A stretch of DNA of 64,000 bases. It comes from Gammaproteobacteria bacterium. Lineage in GTDB: Bacteria > Pseudomonadota > Gammaproteobacteria > Ga0077536. A program made the translations under genes and the position numbers. Of this stretch, positions 59,718 to 64,000 are shown piece after piece (positions within the stretch are counted from its first letter, which is position 1; the number at the start of each line of letters is the position of its first letter). The DNA lies in contig CAXXLL010000003.1 of NCBI GenBank assembly GCA_963662545.2, forward strand, positions 320,001-384,000, written 5' to 3'. Below the pieces are notes generated by a model. The model worked only from the letters and a program-made list of their open reading frames with translations, did not search any database and was not told the DNA's origin.

Positions 59718-61301
59718 TCAAACGGCGGCGTCTGGTAATTGATCTCGTGTTGCGGTAACGACGGCCAAGTTAGAACGCAGCGGTTGGGTAGCGAACAATG
59801 TCTTCCACACCCGAGGCGTGAGTTGTTCCACTGCGCTATCCGGATGGATCGCGATCCTCTGGAGTACATCAACCAGGTAGGTGTACGGATTAATGCCGTG
59901 TATTCGGCAAGTACAGATCAAACTTTGTATGATCCCAACGTGTTCAGCGCCCACCTCAGTCCAACAGAACATCCAATTCTTTCGGCCCATCGGAATGGGT
60001 CTCAGAGCGCGCTCTAAATGATTCGTGTCGATCGCGACGCTCGCATCCGATAAGTAAACACGTAACGCGCCCTCACGCTCGGCTGCATAGGCCAGCGCCT
60101 TCGTAAACGGCTGACTCGGTAATAAACCCATGCACTGGCGTTGCTCGTCAAGCCAGGCAAAAAATGCATCAACCGCAGGCAAGGCGTACCGGCTGCGGTA
60201 GGTCTGGGTCGCCGCTTCATCCATTGCCTGGTCACGGATGGTGGCCTCAACGGCATACAGTGCCGCGATCAAATCAAGTGCCTGCGCCGCACTTTGTGGC
60301 CTATCGGATAATGCCCTTTCGAACTGACGACGCGTGTGCGCCCAGCATTGCGCATGCACGACTTCATCGCCGCGATCGGCGGCAAAACGCGCATAAGCCG
60401 CGGCGCCATCGGTTAGTAAGGTGCCTTTAAAGTCCACCAACGTTTTGTCGATGTGCGACCGCGCCTTGGTTCGCGCAAACGTGAACGCAATCTCATCCGC
60501 TTCGCCATAAATTGGCCAATACCACGCCGCGTTCATCTTGCCCTTGCCCGAGCGACCCGCCTTAATCGGCGTTTCATCCATCGCCAGCGTCTTCGATAAC
60601 AAGATATGCCGCAACTGCGCCAGATAAATCGGCTTCAACAGGTCACTTGCCTTCTGCACCCAGTGCGTCAGACTCGACCGCGCCACGGTAATGCCGTTCA
60701 GCCCCATTCGTTGATGTTGACGGTACAGCGGCAGGTGATAAGCGAACTTATCAACCAGCATCCCCGCAACCACACTCACATCCGCCAATGAGCCGGACCA
60801 CAGACCATCGGGCGCCGGGATCGTGAAGATCTGACCGTCGCTTTTGCGCTTCACTACCGGTTGGATGTACTTCAAGACCACATAGGCCGCCGGCCGTTGC
60901 GCTAAACGATAGGTGATCTTTTCACTGCTCGCTTCAAACGCATCCGCGACATCTTCAGGTACCGACAATTGGATGCATTCAATCGGCACCGAGTCATCGA
61001 AACGTAACCCTTGATCAGTCACACAATCATCGCCACGGCGCTTTCCTTTGCGCCGCTGATAAGTGATCGTTTCTTTCTCAACCGCCGCCGTCGATGACGA
61101 CTCATCCTCGAAGCCATTGAGTAACCGTTGATCGGGATTGGGATCAATCAGCCGCCGTTCAGACTTGCGACCGAACAGTTGGCGTTTGAACCAGTCGAGT
61201 TGTTGGGTGAGTGTGGCGACCTGCGTTTTGAGGGCTGTGTTTTCCGCTTGTAACACCGCCGCATCAAGTGATATTTCCGGCGTTGCATAACCCCCATTCA
61301 T
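59718..61301 (-). CDS. tnpC: IS66 transposase TnpC
   Basis: LFGRKSER, HLPLYRQ, MDETP, CWAHTRR, DTNHLERALR, GRKNWMF. Confidence 0.95.
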   Translation of the reverse strand: MNGGYATPEISLDAAVLQAENTALKTQVATLTQQLDWFKRQLFGRKSERRLIDPNPDQRLLNGFEDESSSTAAVEKETITYQRRKGKRRGDDCVTDQGLRFDDSVPIECIQLSVPEDVADAFEASSEKITYRLAQRPAAYVVLKYIQPVVKRKSDGQIFTIPAPDGLWSGSLADVSVVAGMLVDKFAYHLPLYRQHQRMGLNGITVARSSLTHWVQKASDLLKPIYLAQLRHILLSKTLAMDETPIKAGRSGKGKMNAAWYWPIYGEADEIAFTFARTKARSHIDKTLVDFKGTLLTDGAAAYARFAADRGDEVVHAQCWAHTRRQFERALSDRPQSAAQALDLIAALYAVEATIRDQAMDEAATQTYRSRYALPAVDAFFAWLDEQRQCMGLLPSQPFTKALAYAAEREGALRVYLSDASVAIDTNHLERALRPIPMGRKNWMFCWTEVGAEHVGIIQSLICTCRIHGINPYTYLVDVLQRIAIHPDSAVEQLTPRVWKTLFATQPLRSNLAVVTATRDQLPDAAV

Positions 61302-61319
61302 GGGTACGTATTGTACCGT

Positions 61320-61688
61320 TTACACTGCTGACCGTCGATCGTTTTCCGGTAATCGAAACCGTTTTAATCGACGCACTGAGCGTAGATCGATCCCTTCAAT
61401 AATGCACTGCCATTCGCTGCGTTGCAGCCGCTGTTTGACCTCGCTATTCCACCGAACCTGGAACTGACCGCGTTCGAGTTTCTTACTCCACAGACAATAT
61501 CCGTCCGACTCAAAGTACAGCGCTTTTAATAACGTACGCCGGCGATTGACGAAAACGTACAGTGCCCCATCGAGGGGCTCCTCGTGTAACGCCTGCCGCA
61601 CCAACGCCGATAAACCATGGAACGATTGACGCATATCAGTCGGTGCCCGACATAACCATATACGCAAACCCGATGGGGGCGACCACAT
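61320..61688 (-). CDS. tnpB: IS66 accessory protein TnpB
   Basis: TDMRQSFHGL, VFVNRRR, KKLERGQF. Confidence 0.93.
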   Translation of the reverse strand: MWSPPSGLRIWLCRAPTDMRQSFHGLSALVRQALHEEPLDGALYVFVNRRRTLLKALYFESDGYCLWSKKLERGQFQVRWNSEVKQRLQRSEWQCIIEGIDLRSVRRLKRFRLPENDRRSAV

Positions 61689-61978
61689 CAGTGCCGTGAC
61701 ACACGTAGCACGATGTCATCACCGAGCGCTAACTCGATATCCCATTGTGCATTGGTTAATGGTTGTAACGGGGCCAACTCGACGAAACGTGTTTCCGCCT
61801 TCCCTATCTGAGCGTCCCTCGCTGACCTCGACTTCCTTTTACTGAACGTCGAATATCCAATTCCTCGCTCAGCACAGAATGCGCGGATCGATGAACCGCT
61901 TTGTGCCTGCTCCGCTAATAGGCCACGCCACTCATCCGCACTACGTCGTTTGTTCCGAGGTTTTCCGTGATCATTCAT
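61688..61978 (-). CDS. tnpA: IS66 accessory protein TnpA
   Basis: W.......QSGSSIRAFCAERGI...F, FVEL. Confidence 0.88.
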   Translation of the reverse strand: MNDHGKPRNKRRSADEWRGLLAEQAQSGSSIRAFCAERGIGYSTFSKRKSRSARDAQIGKAETRFVELAPLQPLTNAQWDIELALGDDIVLRVSRH

Positions 61979-64000
61979 TTACCAAGCTCCCGATTGACTG
62001 GGAAACCTGGCAAACTAAACCATCTGCCCGAGACCGTGAATAACGGCCTGGATTGACCGGTTACCTTGCTGTGTATCTCGGCCGTTAAGGCGAGATAGTG
62101 TGGCCTATAGGCCCCGACTCCGGAGCTACGAAGGCTCGCCACCGCCTCACCAGCGTCGCTTATTTGATCTTTCCGATAGCATTGCCCAGCCGAAGCCGTG
62201 CAATGCAAGATAGTTCCCCATGCCCAGGTTATCGTGAAGCCTTGGTCGTGCGATAGCGTAGCGGCGTCTTGTGCGTGCTCGCATGTCGCCGGCAGTTCAC
62301 CGCGCCACCTGTGAATCATTGCCGCAAAATCCAATGCCCACGCCAAGCTAAATCGATCCCCAAGCTTCCTCGCTAGTGCCAAGGCGGCGGTGCTGGACTC
62401 CATTGCCTGTGTCGGATAGCCCAGCAACCAGCGGGTCATAGCAACCGTAGTATGAGCACATACCCCAAGGTCGAATCCACTTATCCGCACTGTTGAATCA
62501 CGGTGCAGCTCGATATCGTAGAGATCCGCACACTGGTCCAAATGCTCGCGCGCGGCCAGCAGTTCTCCCTGAAAAAATTGGGCATATGAAATTGCGGAAT
62601 GGGCTTTTAGAAGGGTGTTCGAATCATCCTCGTTTTGAGCGAGCCGCACGAGCTTTTCAGCCAGTGTGCGCCCGGTTTTCAGCTCAGACTGCCAGAAATG
62701 ATACACACATATCCCCAGCAGAATATCGGTAACTTCAGGTCTGTCTCCGAGCTGGCGACATAGCGCTTCGGCTCGGCTATAGGTGATTTTGGCTTCCTTA
62801 GTTCCATGCCTTCCGGTAACCATTTGCGCCGCGCCTACCTGCATTTGTATAACGAGCTCCCGTTGGGCTCGTGCCGGGGTGTCATCCAGGGTATGGAGTA
62901 ATTCGAGCGCCTGCGTCAGATGCCGGATGGCCTCAATGTTGGCCGAGCGTTGCGCAGCATTTTGTCCGGCCAGCTGCAAATATTCGATCGCCTTCTCGGT
63001 GTTGCCGCCCTTGGTGTAGTGATACGCGAGCTCACCATAGTGGTCTTCGAGGTTGGACCAGCGCAGGGCTTCTACAGCCTGCGCCGTTTTCTCATGCAAG
63101 GTCTTGCGTCGCTCCTGCAAGACCGTCCCATAGGCCACTTCCTGGGTCAGTGCATGTTTGAAGATGTATTCGACTTCGGTCAGCGCCGGTTGCTCATAGA
63201 GAAACTCCTTCGCCTGCAGCGATGAGAGCAATCGATATAATTCGTCGTCACTCTGCACTACGACCTTGCGCACGAGCCCTAATGGAAACGCCCGGCCGAT
63301 GACCGCGAGTTCTTGTAGCAGCGCTTTCTCGTCGGCCTCCAGTCGGTCAATGCGAGCAGCCAATACCCCCTGTACGTTCGGCGAGAGTTTCAACTCACTC
63401 GGTGTCTCCTCGATGCGGTATTGACCCCGCTCTCCGAGCAGCACACCTTCCTCGGCCAAGGTCTGTACGACCTCCTCCATAAAGAACGGCGTGCCGTCGG
63501 TGCGTTCCAGAATGAGGGCTTTCAAGCCCTTCAGACTTGGGTCATCGCCCATGAGAAAGCTCAGCAACTCCTTAGCCTCTTCCTCGCCCAGGGGCGTCAG
63601 ACGCAGTTGGACGTAATAAGTCTTGCCGCCCCACTCATGACGGTACTCGGGGCGGTAGTTCACAAGCAGCGCGATACACGCACTCGCGATGCTCTCACCG
63701 AGCGACTCCAGAAAGCCCTGCGTCTCACCGTCGATCCAGTGCAAGTCCTCGACGATCACCATCACCGGCTGGTTCAGACTCTCTCGCAGAAACAGCCGCT
63801 TCAGGGCATCGAAGGTTCGCTGACGCCGGATCTGAGGATCCATCTGGTCCAGGCTCGCCGTCGGATCTGGGATCCCGAGAACGGTAAAGAGATAGGGCAG
63901 GGCGTCTTCCAGGTTCCGGTCCAGCCCCAGGACCTTCCCGATGACCTTCTCGCGCCTCGTCCGCTCGTCATCCTCCAGTTTGATCTGGAAGTAGTTCTTG

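Larger units (their letters stand above)
59710..62064 (-). mobile_element. IS66 family element
   Basis: IRs GTAACCGGTCAA; 8-bp TSD CTTGCTGT (59702-59709, 62065-62072). Confidence 0.95.
59324..64000 (-). pseudogene. Large STAND-type ATPase/TPR protein (adenylate-cyclase-associated type) split by IS66; 5' end outside the window
   Basis: VEDLHWID, TDGTPFFMEE, ARIDRL, YIFKHALTQEVAY, TPRs; C-terminus AKSWELR...YNWFTEGFDTKDL at 59324-59709. Confidence 0.88.

Noticed and set aside
1-64000. tRNA/rRNA genes or a tRNA-anchored att site
   Set aside because: None recognised by eye; tRNAscan-SE would be needed to exclude them formally.

Overview
Bacterial DNA, probably a high-GC Gammaproteobacterium (greB, mutS-fdxA synteny, yggX). 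Positions 1-21310 are ordinary chromosomal or metabolic backbone: RND adaptor, pirin, greB, oxidoreductases, MFS transporters, a SAM-II riboswitch-controlled Met/Cys PLP enzyme and a PQQ/cytochrome c dehydrogenase. From an IS6 at 21311 to the end is a large mosaic island in three parts. (i) A plasmid-like segment between two direct IS6 copies carries a merB-like gene, a tyrosine resolvase, parA plus partner and higBA. (ii) A FimB/Xer-like recombinase is split by an ISNCY element. (iii) About 25 kb (34883-59306) holds unrelated accessory genes separated by ten same-orientation copies of a 145-bp repeat built from three fixed-spaced inverted-repeat subsites. This is the most striking unexplained structure. 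It looks like a gene-cassette array but is neither integron attC nor CRISPR. Orphan integron attC/attI remnants are nested inside it, a 160-bp IS1182-type MITE targets one subsite three times, and it carries four homologues of one uncharacterised protein family plus a patchwork Fe-S toolkit around a CCAEP-tail radical SAM enzyme. About ten IS families are represented. All family calls come from motif recognition by eye; no database search was run.
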